64,000 bases of DNA, taken from Abditibacterium sp. (GTDB lineage: Bacteria > Armatimonadota > Abditibacteriia > Abditibacteriales > Abditibacteriaceae). The translations under genes and the position numbers were made by a program. The notes beneath the pieces were generated by a model, which saw only the letters and a program-made list of their open reading frames with translations, did not search any database and was not told the origin of the DNA. How positions within the stretch are numbered: the stretch's first letter is position 1; every line of letters starts with the position of its first letter. Positions 18,448-28,554 of this stretch are shown piece after piece. Where the stretch lies: assembly GCA_965199495.1 (NCBI GenBank), contig CBDASK010000003.1, positions 2,336,001 to 2,400,000 on the forward strand, read 5' to 3'.

Positions 18448-20754
18448 CTAAACGAATTTATCCGGCGTTAGCGGCAGTTCGCGCAAGCGTTTGCCGGTGG
18501 CGTTAAAGACGGCGTTGGCGATGGCGGCGGGCACGCCGACGATGCCAATTTCGCCGATGCCGCGACAGCCCACGCTGTTGATGTGCGGATCGGGCACCTC
18601 GACAAATTCGACTTGAATGCGCGGCACGTCGCCATTGACCGAAACGTGGTAATCGGCCAGATTGCGGATGTAGGGTCGCGCCGTGTTCGGATCGTAAAGC
18701 GTCTCTTCGCTCAAAGCCATGCCGATGCCAAAGCCGACGCCGCCCAGAATTTGCGAGCGCGCGGTGCGATGATTGAGAATGCGTCCGGCGTCCATCACGG
18801 CAGCCCAATCCAACAGACGAATCGTGCCCATTTCTTCGTCCACGCGCAACTTGCAAAACTGCGCGCCGAACGAGTGAAACGAGTATTTCGCGTCGTCTTT
18901 ATCGGTTTCGGCGTCGGGGTCTATAATGGCACACGGCGCCTTGGTTTTCTGCTTCAAACCCTCGTTGTTTTTGGCGCTCATCATGGTTTCGGCGCGGCAG
19001 CACGCCTCGACGAACGGCTTGCCGGTACGCTTAACGATTTCGGACAACGCCTCGCCTTTGCCGCCGCTTTTGAGAATCGCCAGGCCGTTTTGGAATTTGA
19101 TTTCGTCCAGTTTGCGGCCATAAAGCGGCGACTTGCGATCTTTGATCGCCACAGCAGCCACGTCGCGCATCGCCATTTCGCACGCCTCGACAACGGCGGG
19201 CGCCACGCTCGCTGTTAGCCACGAGCCGCCCGCTTGCGGCGCGGTCGGCAGTTTCGAGTCGCCCAGTTCAAACACGACTTTATAAAGCGGAAATCCCAGC
19301 GTATCGGCGGCGACCTGACGAAACACCGTATAAGCGCCGGTGCCAATATCCACGCCATTACAGGCCGAAACGGCGCGGCCATCGCCATAAATGCGGCAAT
19401 TGGCCGAAGCCGGTTGGCGATTGGCCGGATAGGTCGCCGACGCCATGCCGTAACCGATGAGATAACGGCCCTCGCGGATCATGCGCGGCTGGCTTTTGCG
19501 CGCGTCCCAGCCGATGAGCGCGGCGCCGCGCTCGTAGCATTTTTTCAATTGCTTGCTCGAAAACGGCAATTTGGAATCGGGGTCAACTTCGGCGTAGTTG
19601 CGCAGCCGAAATTCCAGCGGATCCATGCCCAATTCGACAGCCATTTCGTCCATCGCGCACTCCAGACCGAACGCGCCGGGCGCTTCGCCGGGCGCGCGCA
19701 TATAGATCGGCGGCGAGATATTGTTGCGCGCCACGCGGTGCGCCATTTCGTAGTTTTGCGCCGGATACATCACGTTCGATATCAGGCCCGCCGACTCGAA
19801 AAACTGTGGCTGGTTTTGGTGGCCCTGCGTTAGCGTTTTCATCGCCAACATCTCCATTTTGCCCTCCGCGTCCGTGCCGACTTGCATTGCCATTTCGGTT
19901 TCGCCGCGATGCCCGACGCCCGCGAACATTTGCTGGCGCATCAAGGCCAACTTCACCGGACGCGCGACGGCGCGCGACGCGAGGGCGCACACGATGTCGT
20001 GGCCCCACGCGCCCGCGCCCTTGCAGCCGAATCCGCCGCCGGTGAAATAGTTAATCGTGCGCACCTTTTCGGGCGCGAGTTCAAACAGATACGCCATCGT
20101 CGCCTGCGACGGCGAGGTGCCCTGCGTGGACTGATAGACGGTTAATCCGCCGTCGTGAAAATGGGCGACGTTGGCGTGCGGTTCGAGCGGATTGTGATGC
20201 TCGTTGGTCGTGTGATACGTCGCCTCGATTTTGGAGTTCGCGCCCGCAAACGCCGCGTCGGGCGCGCCGCGCACGATCTGCGCCGGGCCGCCGTGCAGAC
20301 TTTTGGGCGTGTCAATGTTGGGCGTATCGCGCAGCGTCGTCGAAGGCGGCAAAGCCGCGATTTCGGCCTTAACCAGCGTGGCCGCATAACGCGCGCGTTC
20401 GTAAGTATCGGCCACGACAACGGCAATCGCCTGTCCGTTGTAAACGATGTCGGCGCTCTGAAACGGCAGCAAAGCCTCGCCCATTTGCGCTTGCGCCTTG
20501 GCCATCGCTTTCGGATCGAGCGGCGCAAGTTTCGGTTTGTCTTGATAGGAAATCACCGTCAAAACGCCGGTCGCCGCGCGCGCCTCCGATGTATCGAGAT
20601 TAGTAATTGTGCCGCGTCCCACGGGCGAAGTGACGAGGACAGCGTAAGCCATGTTGGGCAGGGCGAATTCGGCGGAGTATTTGGCGCCGCCGGTGACTTT
20701 GAGTTTCGCGTCCTGGCGCGTGACGGGCTGGCCGATGATGGATGGAGTTGTCAT
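18448..20754 (-). CDS. Xanthine dehydrogenase family molybdopterin subunit (PaoC/YagR-like)
   Basis: KVTGGAKYS, GGGFGCKG, MRAPGE, IGTGAYT and GIGEIG. Confidence 0.95.
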   Translation of the reverse strand: MTTPSIIGQPVTRQDAKLKVTGGAKYSAEFALPNMAYAVLVTSPVGRGTITNLDTSEARAATGVLTVISYQDKPKLAPLDPKAMAKAQAQMGEALLPFQSADIVYNGQAIAVVVADTYERARYAATLVKAEIAALPPSTTLRDTPNIDTPKSLHGGPAQIVRGAPDAAFAGANSKIEATYHTTNEHHNPLEPHANVAHFHDGGLTVYQSTQGTSPSQATMAYLFELAPEKVRTINYFTGGGFGCKGAGAWGHDIVCALASRAVARPVKLALMRQQMFAGVGHRGETEMAMQVGTDAEGKMEMLAMKTLTQGHQNQPQFFESAGLISNVMYPAQNYEMAHRVARNNISPPIYMRAPGEAPGAFGLECAMDEMAVELGMDPLEFRLRNYAEVDPDSKLPFSSKQLKKCYERGAALIGWDARKSQPRMIREGRYLIGYGMASATYPANRQPASANCRIYGDGRAVSACNGVDIGTGAYTVFRQVAADTLGFPLYKVVFELGDSKLPTAPQAGGSWLTASVAPAVVEACEMAMRDVAAVAIKDRKSPLYGRKLDEIKFQNGLAILKSGGKGEALSEIVKRTGKPFVEACCRAETMMSAKNNEGLKQKTKAPCAIIDPDAETDKDDAKYSFHSFGAQFCKLRVDEEMGTIRLLDWAAVMDAGRILNHRTARSQILGGVGFGIGMALSEETLYDPNTARPYIRNLADYHVSVNGDVPRIQVEFVEVPDPHINSVGCRGIGEIGIVGVPAAIANAVFNATGKRLRELPLTPDKFV

Positions 20755-20785
20755 AATTTGGGGGATTGTGCGTTGCGTTCAACTC

Positions 20786-20881
20786 GTAGAGACACCGATT
20801 TATCGTGTCTAAAACGTTCGGGTTTCCGCAAACAAATGCGGGTTCATTCACGTTTTAGACGCGATAAATCGGCGTCTCTAC
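20786..20881. repeat. GTAG-type REP doublet, copy 3, 96 bp (inside the pao-like operon)
   Basis: GTAGAGACACCGATTTATCGTGTCTAAAA ... TTTTAGACGCGATAAATCGGCGTCTCTAC. Confidence 0.93.
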
Positions 20882-20892
20882 GAACGGCAATT

Positions 20893-21957
20893 TTACGCGT
20901 CCGGCGTCATACCAGCCACGGCGCCCACGCTTGAGGCGAAAACGGTTCCGGGCGCGCCCTGCATCGGCATCAAACCGCTGATTTCCATCAGACAGCGCAC
21001 CATGACGTTTTGGCCCAACGGCACTTTGTAAGCGTTATATTGCAGCGGTTTGGAACCCGCAAAAGCGGCGCGCGCGGCCTCGCGGAACAGCGATTCCGAC
21101 GGCGCTTTTCCGGCCAACATTTGCTCGGCTTCGTCGGCGCGCCACGGTTTGGGCGCGACGCTGCCCAGCGCGATGCGCACGGTTTTCATTTTCTTGCCGT
21201 CCATTTCGAGCGCGACGGCGCACGAAGCGCGCGCGTAAGCGTAACTGGAACGGTCGCGGATTTTGAGATAATGTGATTTACCCGCGAAATTGGGTAAATC
21301 AATAAACGTGATGATTTCGCCCGGCAGCAAAACCGTATCATCCTGCGGCGTGTCGCCGGGCAGACGATGCAAATCGGCCATCGCAATTGAACGCGCGCCG
21401 CTCGGCCCGTTAGTTTGCACGACGGCATCGAGCGCCGTCAGAGGCACGGCCATATCGCCATGATACAAAGTGATGCACGCGGGCGAGCCGCCCAGAATCG
21501 CGTGATCGGCGTTAATTCCGGTCAAAGCCGAACAGCCCGTGCCCGGCTCGCGTTTGTTACACGGCATCGCGGTATCGCGATAATACGAGCAACGCGTTTT
21601 CTGTAAGAGATTGCCGCCCATCGAAGCCATGTTGCGGATTTGCGCCGACGCGCCCGCTAAAATCGCCTCGGAAACGCCGGGATAACGCCGCATGATTTCG
21701 GGATGATAAGCCGCGTTGGTATTGGAAACGCCCGCGCCGATTCGCAAACCGCCCGCGTGCGATTCAATTTTGTCGGACAAAATCGGGCTGAGATCGAGCA
21801 GAACGTCGGGACGCAAAACGTTCTCTTTCATCAGGTCAATTTGCGTGGTGCCGCCCGCGATAAATTGCGGCGCAACCTCGCTCGACGAAGAATGTGTGGC
21901 AGTGTTTTGAACGGGCGTCGCGGTCGCCGTGGCTGCTTGGTATTGGAAGGGTTTCAT
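20893..21957 (-). CDS. FAD-binding subunit (PaoB/YagS-like, with 4Fe-4S insertion)
   Basis: IAGGTTQIDLMK, QIRNMASMGGNLLQKTRCSYYRD...CNKR...C and KIRDRSSYAY. Confidence 0.93.
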   Translation of the reverse strand: MKPFQYQAATATATPVQNTATHSSSSEVAPQFIAGGTTQIDLMKENVLRPDVLLDLSPILSDKIESHAGGLRIGAGVSNTNAAYHPEIMRRYPGVSEAILAGASAQIRNMASMGGNLLQKTRCSYYRDTAMPCNKREPGTGCSALTGINADHAILGGSPACITLYHGDMAVPLTALDAVVQTNGPSGARSIAMADLHRLPGDTPQDDTVLLPGEIITFIDLPNFAGKSHYLKIRDRSSYAYARASCAVALEMDGKKMKTVRIALGSVAPKPWRADEAEQMLAGKAPSESLFREAARAAFAGSKPLQYNAYKVPLGQNVMVRCLMEISGLMPMQGAPGTVFASSVGAVAGMTPDA

Positions 21958-21971
21958 GGGATTGACCAATC

Positions 21972-22024
21972 GTAGGGGCTTGCCGCGCAAGCCCTAAATC
22001 AAGGCTTGCCGCGCAAGCCCCTAC
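21972..22024. repeat. Second GTAG REP type, short doublet
   Basis: GTAGGGGCTTGCCGCGCAAGCCCT - AAATCA - AGGCTTGCCGCGCAAGCCCCTAC. Confidence 0.85.
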
Positions 22025-22031
22025 AATTGGT

Positions 22032-23051
22032 TTACGCGTCGCGCGCGGCCTTGACCGCCGCCAGAATGTTGGGATACGCCGCGCAACGGCACAAGTTTCC
22101 GCTCATATGTTCGCGGATTTCGTCGTCGGAACCGGCGCGTTTGCTCTTGATCAAAGCCGTCGCCGACATGATCTGGCCGGACGTGCAATAGCCACATTGG
22201 AACGCATCGTTTTCGATGAACGCCAACTGCATTGGATGCAATTCGCCGTTTTGGGCCAAGCCTTCAATCGTAGTGATCTCACGATTTTGCGCGCGCACCG
22301 CCAGCGTCAAACACGACAAATGCGCCTCGCCATCCACATGAACGGTGCAGGCGCCGCATTGTCCGTGATCGCAGCCTTTTTTACTTCCCGTGAGGCCCAT
22401 ATATTCGCGCAAAGCATCCAACAGCGCCACGCGCGGTTCGAGTTGCAGAGTCTGCGCGCGGCCATTGACGCGCAAAGTCACGGGAATCGTATCGGTTTTA
22501 ACGTAGGAGTTGGCGGCGCTCAGGTTGGGCACGGCGCCAATCGGCGGCGTGTTGGCCGGGCCGGGCCGACCGTTGGCGGCGTGGCTGCTGTTGGCGGCGA
22601 GGGCCAAAACCGCGCTCGCTGCCAAAGTCGCGGCTAAAAACGAGCGGCGCGACAAGCCTTTTTTCTCGTCGTTACGCAACGCTTCCAAAGCCGCGATGAT
22701 TTCGCCGGGCGCGGCCTCTTCGCCGCTCGCTGATTTCCATTGCCAGGCGATGTTGCCGGTTTCGTCGAGGACGAAAACCGCGCGCTCGCCGCTCACGCCG
22801 AACTGTGCAGCCACGTCGCCCGCACTATCAAAGGCGTGCCATTCGTCGCCGCCCGCGTCCACGATTTGCGCGTCAAACTGCGCGGCCAAAGTCGCGTAAA
22901 GTTCGCTCGACGCGGCGCGCGCCGGATTCCATTCGTCGGGCGCGAACGCCACGATGAGCGGACGCCCGCGCTTTTGCGCGGCGCGCGTGCCGTCCGGCAA
23001 AGTGAAATCGGGTGCGGTTAGTTGCGATTCGAGGTTGTGAGGGGAAGACAT
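22032..23051 (-). CDS. 2x[2Fe-2S] subunit (PaoA/YagT-like) with N-terminal redoxin-like domain and internal Tat motif
   Basis: GCDHGQCGAC, QCGYC and NLCRC. SRRSFL lies at about residue 134. The N-terminus starts APDFTLPD. Confidence 0.9.
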   Translation of the reverse strand: MSSPHNLESQLTAPDFTLPDGTRAAQKRGRPLIVAFAPDEWNPARAASSELYATLAAQFDAQIVDAGGDEWHAFDSAGDVAAQFGVSGERAVFVLDETGNIAWQWKSASGEEAAPGEIIAALEALRNDEKKGLSRRSFLAATLAASAVLALAANSSHAANGRPGPANTPPIGAVPNLSAANSYVKTDTIPVTLRVNGRAQTLQLEPRVALLDALREYMGLTGSKKGCDHGQCGACTVHVDGEAHLSCLTLAVRAQNREITTIEGLAQNGELHPMQLAFIENDAFQCGYCTSGQIMSATALIKSKRAGSDDEIREHMSGNLCRCAAYPNILAAVKAARDA

Positions 23052-23282
23052 AAGAATTGGACTGTCGAAAAGTTACGAGGTCAGTTTGTAATTTTTAGTG
23101 TTACTCAATTTATGGACGACAAAAAGGCACGAGTTGAACGAAATTAAAAGTTGGGTTCTCGTCGCATTCTGTATTCTTTGGCTGTATTTGAAGCGCGCGT
23201 TTCAGCCCGCGCTCCAAACAAAAACTCCAACAACGTCCCAAAATATAAAGCGCCTTGCAGAGAGTTCTGCTGAGATAGGCAC

Positions 23283-24185
23283 TTAATTCTGCGCGTCCGC
23301 TCCGATTGCGTTCAATTTCGGCAGCATTTCACCGGGAATTTGCAAGTCCGCCGCCACGACGTTTTCGCGCAGATGCTCGACTGACGAAGTGCCGGGAATC
23401 AGCAAAATGTTGGGCGAGCGTTGCAGCAGCCACGCCAGCGCGACTTGCAGCGGCGAGGCTTGCAAAGCGTCGGCGACTTCTTGTAGCGCCGACGATTGCA
23501 ACGGCGAAAATCCGCCGAGGGGGAAGAACGGCACGTAAGCGAGGCCCGCACCAGCCAGTTCTTCAAGCAACGCGTCATCCTCGCGGTGCGCGAGGTTGTA
23601 TTGGTTTTGCACGCACACGATTTCGGCGTAATTGCGGGCCTGCGCGACCTGTTTCGAGGTGACGTTGCTCAGTCCGATGTGGCGAATCAAACCCTGCTTT
23701 TGCAACTCGACCAAAACGCCCAATGGTTCTTCGAGCGAGCCTTCGGTGGGGCCATGCCCGGCGCCGCCGCCCATCATGCGCAAATTGACGACATCGAGAG
23801 CCTCGACGCCCAAGTTGTTCAAGTTGCTGTGAATGGCACCAGTCAATTCATCGGGCGTCATCGCCGAATTCCACGAGCCGTCGTCGCCGCGCAACGCGCC
23901 GACTTTGGTGACGATTGTCAAATCATCGGGATACGGATGCAGCGCCTTTTTTATCAGTTGATTTGTAACGTATGGCCCGTAAAAATCGCTGGTATCAATG
24001 TGATTGATGCCGGTGGCTACAACTTCGCGCAACACGGCGAGCGCGGCGTCTTCATCGCGCGGTGGCCCCCACACACCTTTGCCCGCGAGTTGCATCGCGC
24101 CATAGCCCATGCGATTGAGCGTGATTTGCGTGTTCGGCAGCGTGAATTCGCCGCCCAGATTGTTCGAGTTAATGAAATTGTTCAT
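23283..24185 (-). CDS. Aldo/keto reductase (YdbC-like)
   Basis: MGYGAMQL, IDTSDFYG, GLIRHIGLSNV and IPGTSSVEHLREN. Confidence 0.93.
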   Translation of the reverse strand: MNNFINSNNLGGEFTLPNTQITLNRMGYGAMQLAGKGVWGPPRDEDAALAVLREVVATGINHIDTSDFYGPYVTNQLIKKALHPYPDDLTIVTKVGALRGDDGSWNSAMTPDELTGAIHSNLNNLGVEALDVVNLRMMGGGAGHGPTEGSLEEPLGVLVELQKQGLIRHIGLSNVTSKQVAQARNYAEIVCVQNQYNLAHREDDALLEELAGAGLAYVPFFPLGGFSPLQSSALQEVADALQASPLQVALAWLLQRSPNILLIPGTSSVEHLRENVVAADLQIPGEMLPKLNAIGADAQN

Positions 24186-24221
24186 TGGAAATTTTCTCTG
24201 TTTTTTAGTGAAACGCGAGCC

Positions 24222-25289
24222 TCAAAGCAAAAACTGACCGCCCGCGAATTCGGCGAGTTCCGGGCCAAACAGCGCGCCCGGCGTGAAAGCGCCCGGTTTG
24301 CCTTCGCCGCGCGACAAACGTAGCGCGACTTCGGCCAGCGCGCGATTGGTAAAGTCTCCGGCGTCGCCCAGTTGCAGCCAGCCTTCGCGCGTTTCGCCCC
24401 CTTCCCAACTGACGCGCGCGTGCGCCCACGAGAATTGCTGGCCTTTGCCCTCGAATTGTCCCGGCTTCATTTCGACGGCGGCCAGGCGGCGCGTGGCGAA
24501 ATCGCTGATGGCTTTGAAGCGCATCAGCGCCATAATCGCGGGCAAAACCGCGCCCATCACCGGCGAGTTGGGCACCATGCTCGACGCCGCCACGACGTTG
24601 CCCGCGCCACTGGCGCGGCGCGCGGCTTCGAGTTCGCCCGAACTCCAACCGGCGGTTGTGGCGCGCGATCCGTCGGGCACAGTCAGCGTTTTCACGCTGC
24701 TCACGGGACGCGTGCGCACCAATTGGCCGCGCGAATAACGCCGCCCGCCCTCGATAATGCCGCCGACAATTGTGCTTGCCAACGCTTGTCCCATCGCGCC
24801 CGCTTCGACATTGACAAACGGCAAAACATCAACGCGGACTTTACTCGCCGGAGGCTGGCCCTCGCACAGTTTCAGCACCAAACTCTCGGTCGCCAGCGCG
24901 CCAAATCCGGCGCCCGGAACCAGAGTTTGTCCCGCCGCAACCGCTTCGTCGTGCATCGAGAACAGTTTTAAAAACGACGCGAGTTCATTGGAAATATCCA
25001 AATAATGCGTGCCCGCCGGACACGCTTTGGCGATGGGAAACGCCGATTGAGTAAACGGCCCCACCGTATTAACGACGACAGCGGGCTTGCCGTCCGCAAT
25101 CGCGCGCGCCATCGCCTCGACCGAATCCGCAATAACAACGCGCGCCTCGCCGCCGCATTCGTCGGCGACTTTATCCAAACGCGCCGCGTCGCGCCCGACC
25201 AAAACGAGCGCGCATTGCGCCTGCGCCAGAAGTGCAGCCACGGCGCGCCCGCTCCGGCCCGTTGCGCCTAAAATCCAAATTTCGTTCAT
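24222..25289 (-). CDS. Saccharopine dehydrogenase-like NADP-binding oxidoreductase
   Basis: GATGRSG, NTVGPF, HYLDISNE and PGAGF. Confidence 0.85.
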   Translation of the reverse strand: MNEIWILGATGRSGRAVAALLAQAQCALVLVGRDAARLDKVADECGGEARVVIADSVEAMARAIADGKPAVVVNTVGPFTQSAFPIAKACPAGTHYLDISNELASFLKLFSMHDEAVAAGQTLVPGAGFGALATESLVLKLCEGQPPASKVRVDVLPFVNVEAGAMGQALASTIVGGIIEGGRRYSRGQLVRTRPVSSVKTLTVPDGSRATTAGWSSGELEAARRASGAGNVVAASSMVPNSPVMGAVLPAIMALMRFKAISDFATRRLAAVEMKPGQFEGKGQQFSWAHARVSWEGGETREGWLQLGDAGDFTNRALAEVALRLSRGEGKPGAFTPGALFGPELAEFAGGQFLL

Positions 25290-25334
25290 GTTGTTAAAAA
25301 GTCCGTAATGCAAGCGACTTCAGTCGCTTGGCGC

Positions 25335-26231
25335 TCAATTATCGAAGTAGAAACCCTGCTCCAGATCGGCGATTAAACCGGGATGAGTCGGGTTCCAACC
25401 CAACTTTTCGCGCGTGATGACGCTCGAAGCGGGCGCGTCCATCCCAAAGAAACCGACCATGCCGCCGAAATGCTGCGCGGCCTCGTCGGGCGATTTGGAA
25501 ACGACTGGCACATCCAAATGCCGTCCGATGACTTCGGCGATTTCCCGTAAAGTCACGCCCTCTTCCGCCGTGCCGTGATAAGCCGCGCCCGCTTCGCCTT
25601 TTTCTGCGGCCAGCCGAAACAGCGTGGCCGCATCCAAGTAATGCACGCCGGGCCAGCGATTCTGCCCCTCGCCAATGTAAGCCGAAACGCCCGTTTCGCG
25701 CGCGGTTTTGATTAGCATGGGCACGAAACCCTGAGTATCGGCGTCGCCATGAACCGACGGCGCCAGACGAACTGTCGAGGCGCGCACGCCGCGCGCGGCC
25801 AACGCCAGCGCCGCCGCTTCCGATTGGCGCGGATAATTTGGGCCGGGCGCGGGCGCCGCATCGTTTTCGGTCGCCACGTAGCCCGGCGCCAGAAATCCGA
25901 CGCCCGACGTGACGACAATCGAACGATTCGAACCTTCGAGCGCGTTGCCCATCGTCTCAATCGCGCGCCTATCCAACTCGCAACACGCCGCGAAATCAGA
26001 AAAATCGTGCTTAAACGCCGTGTGAATCACGCCATCGCTCGCCGCCGCGCCCGCGCGCAAACTCTCCAAATCATCCAACGAACCGCGCTGAACGGCGGCG
26101 CCCATTTCGGCCAGCTTTTGAGCTGACGCATCGGAACGCGCCAGCCCCAAAACCTCGTGGCCCGCGCCCAAAAGTTCGTTGACGACGGCGCTACCGACCA
26201 AGCCCGTGGCTCCAGTAACAAAAATTTTCAT
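25335..26231 (-). CDS. Atypical SDR / NAD-dependent epimerase-dehydratase
   Basis: FVTGATGLVG and GVIHTAFKHDF. Confidence 0.9.
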   Translation of the reverse strand: MKIFVTGATGLVGSAVVNELLGAGHEVLGLARSDASAQKLAEMGAAVQRGSLDDLESLRAGAAASDGVIHTAFKHDFSDFAACCELDRRAIETMGNALEGSNRSIVVTSGVGFLAPGYVATENDAAPAPGPNYPRQSEAAALALAARGVRASTVRLAPSVHGDADTQGFVPMLIKTARETGVSAYIGEGQNRWPGVHYLDAATLFRLAAEKGEAGAAYHGTAEEGVTLREIAEVIGRHLDVPVVSKSPDEAAQHFGGMVGFFGMDAPASSVITREKLGWNPTHPGLIADLEQGFYFDN

Positions 26232-26263
26232 GTTGATTTCTCCTTTGGCTTTAGTGAACCATT

Positions 26264-26286
26264 GTAAACTATACGGTATAGTTTAC
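26264..26286. promoter_or_regulatory. TetR operator (perfect palindrome)
   Basis: GTAAACTATAC-G-GTATAGTTTAC in the divergent intergenic region. Confidence 0.75.
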
Positions 26287-26325
26287 TAAGAAGTCAAGAG
26301 CAAATCGGTTAAAATAAAGGAGATT

Positions 26326-26970
26326 ATGAAAAAAAGTGAGCTGCCCGGCGAGCGCGTTGGCAAGCGCGGCGATGAACTGCGCGCGCATATTTTGTGGGCG
26401 GCCAAGGACGTATTTTTGGACGAGGGTTTCGAGCGCGCTTCGATGGACGCCATCGCCGCGCGCGCCGAGACTTCCAAACGCACGCTTTACGCGCACTTCG
26501 AGAACAAAGAGAATTTATATTTGGCGGTCGTCGAGTTGGTGCGCGCGCTTTTGATGCAACGCTTGCAACATCCCGGCGATTATTCGGATGATCCGGCGCA
26601 AGCGCTTGTGATGTTTTGCGGGCGCTTTCTGGAAATCATACTTTACGCGCCCAGCATTCGCATGAGCCGCATGAACATCGCGCAGGCCGAGCGTTTTCCT
26701 CAAGGCGCCGCGAGTTACCACGACGCCGGTTTTTCCGTCGCGCACGAACGCTTGAGCGATTATTTGGCGATGAAATTCGCTTTATCGGAACAGGCCAGCT
26801 TAGACGCGGCGCAAGAGCTGTTGGGCCGCGTATTGCATCCGCGTTTTGTGCGCGCACTGTTTGGCGTGGACGAACTCTCGTCGCAGTTGGGCGAAGATTC
26901 CATCCGCGACGACTTGGATTTGGAACCCATCCGCCGCGCCGTGGCTGATGTGTTGGCCTCGCTGAATTAG
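26326..26970 (+). CDS. TetR/AcrR family regulator
   Basis: HTH motif ASMDAIAARAETSKRTLYAHFENKENL. Confidence 0.93.
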   Translation: MKKSELPGERVGKRGDELRAHILWAAKDVFLDEGFERASMDAIAARAETSKRTLYAHFENKENLYLAVVELVRALLMQRLQHPGDYSDDPAQALVMFCGRFLEIILYAPSIRMSRMNIAQAERFPQGAASYHDAGFSVAHERLSDYLAMKFALSEQASLDAAQELLGRVLHPRFVRALFGVDELSSQLGEDSIRDDLDLEPIRRAVADVLASLN

Positions 26971-26971
26971 A

Positions 26972-27796
26972 TTAGCCCTGCGCGGCGTTGGAAACGTCGG
27001 CCCACGCTTCCCATGTCGCGATGCGCCCGGCGTAGGCGGCGCGCGCGGCGGGCAAGTTCTGGTCGCCGAGCATCATGCGCAGCGGCGGTTTTTCGGCATC
27101 CACGATCTGCAAAATAGCGTCGGGCGTCGCCTGCGGGTTGCCGCGTTTCTGGTTTTTCAAGCCCGCCATCAGGTTCTGGCGCAACTCGGCGTAGACTTCC
27201 ATCCCCTCGGATTGCTTGAGCGACGCGTCGCTGCCAAACTCGGTGGCGTAGGCGCCGGGTTCGATGATCGTGACGTGAATGCCGAACGGTTCGACTTCCT
27301 GAGCCAAGCTCTCGTGGAGCGCCTCAATCGCCCATTTGGAAGCGCAGTAAAGCCCAATGAGCGGCACCGCGATGATGCCCAGAGTGCTGGAAACGCCCAG
27401 AATATGGCCGCTGCCCTGCGCGCGTAAGATGGGCAAAACCGCCTGAATCACGCGTAACGTGCCGAAAAAATTGGCGTCGAACTCGGCTTGCACGTCGCTT
27501 CCCTTGACTTCCTCGACCGTGCCGACCAACGAGTAACCTGCGTTGTTAATCACGACATCCAATCTGCCGAAATGTTCGTGCGCCTGGGCGACGGCGCTTT
27601 GGACTTGCTCGGCATTGGTCACATCGAGCGCGAGCGGCAAAGCGGCGTCGCCAAACTGTGCGGCGAAGTCAGCCACGTCGGCGACATTGCGCGCGGTCAC
27701 CGCGACTTTATCGCCGCGCTTCAGTGCGGCCTGCGCCCAGATGCGGCCCATGCCACGCGAGGCGCCAGTAATAAACCAGATTTTTGGGTTGTTCAT
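26972..27796 (-). CDS. Classical short-chain dehydrogenase/reductase
   Basis: TGASRGMG, NNAG and YCASK. Confidence 0.93.
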   Translation of the reverse strand: MNNPKIWFITGASRGMGRIWAQAALKRGDKVAVTARNVADVADFAAQFGDAALPLALDVTNAEQVQSAVAQAHEHFGRLDVVINNAGYSLVGTVEEVKGSDVQAEFDANFFGTLRVIQAVLPILRAQGSGHILGVSSTLGIIAVPLIGLYCASKWAIEALHESLAQEVEPFGIHVTIIEPGAYATEFGSDASLKQSEGMEVYAELRQNLMAGLKNQKRGNPQATPDAILQIVDAEKPPLRMMLGDQNLPAARAAYAGRIATWEAWADVSNAAQG

Positions 27797-27862
27797 AATG
27801 TTATCCTTTGATGCGTGATCTCCAGTGATTTCAATGACACGCGCCGCTCAGTGTAAGCGTCC

Positions 27863-27903
27863 ATCTAAACGCTGTCAAGATTAAATTTGAACACTGTTAA
27901 GAT
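27863..27903. promoter_or_regulatory. Two tandem imperfect palindromes, likely TetR operators
   Basis: ATCTAAACGCTGTCAAGAT and ATTTGAACACTGTTAAGAT. Confidence 0.65.
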
Positions 27904-27912
27904 TTGACTAAA

Positions 27913-28554
27913 ATGGCTGTAAAAAAAGAGAATTATCATCACGGCGATTTGCGCGCGGCGCTTATTCGCGCGGCGGACGAGATTATCAGCGAGAGCGGCA
28001 TTGAGGGTTTTTCGCTGCGCGCGGCGGCGGCGCGGGCGGGCGTCTCACCGGGCGCTCCGGCGCATCATTTCGGGAGCGCCAAAGGTTTGCTCACCGAAGT
28101 CGCGCTTTTGGGGTTCGAGCGCGTGGACGGTTACCTCGAAAAAGTCGAACCCTGCGGCGACGTGGCTGCCGATATGCGCGCGGTCAGTCTGGCGTTCGTG
28201 CGTTTCGCCCTCGATAATCCCGGCCATTTTCGGCTGATGTTTCGCAACGATTTAATCAATCGCGACGACCCGCGTTACGCCGAAATTAGCCACAAACCGG
28301 GCGCGCGTTTGAGCGCGGCAGTGGCCGCTTACCACGGCAAAACTGAGTTAGATTTAGAGCGATTCGAGGACGCCGCCGATCTTTTCGGCGCGCTTTCCAC
28401 GATTCACGGATTGGCGCACATGGTTTTGGCGGAAAAGGCGACAGCTTTTTTCGCGCACGCCGACGCGCACGAATTCGCCCAGCGCGAACTGCCGCGTGTG
28501 CTGGAACGAATGTATCCCGCCGCGCCCGGTAAAAATAAAGATGGATTCTCTTAA
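27913..28554 (+). CDS. TetR family regulator (WHG-like C-terminus)
   Basis: YHHGDLRAALI, SLRAAAARAGVSPGAPAHHF and IHGLA. Confidence 0.92.
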   Translation: MAVKKENYHHGDLRAALIRAADEIISESGIEGFSLRAAAARAGVSPGAPAHHFGSAKGLLTEVALLGFERVDGYLEKVEPCGDVAADMRAVSLAFVRFALDNPGHFRLMFRNDLINRDDPRYAEISHKPGARLSAAVAAYHGKTELDLERFEDAADLFGALSTIHGLAHMVLAEKATAFFAHADAHEFAQRELPRVLERMYPAAPGKNKDGFS

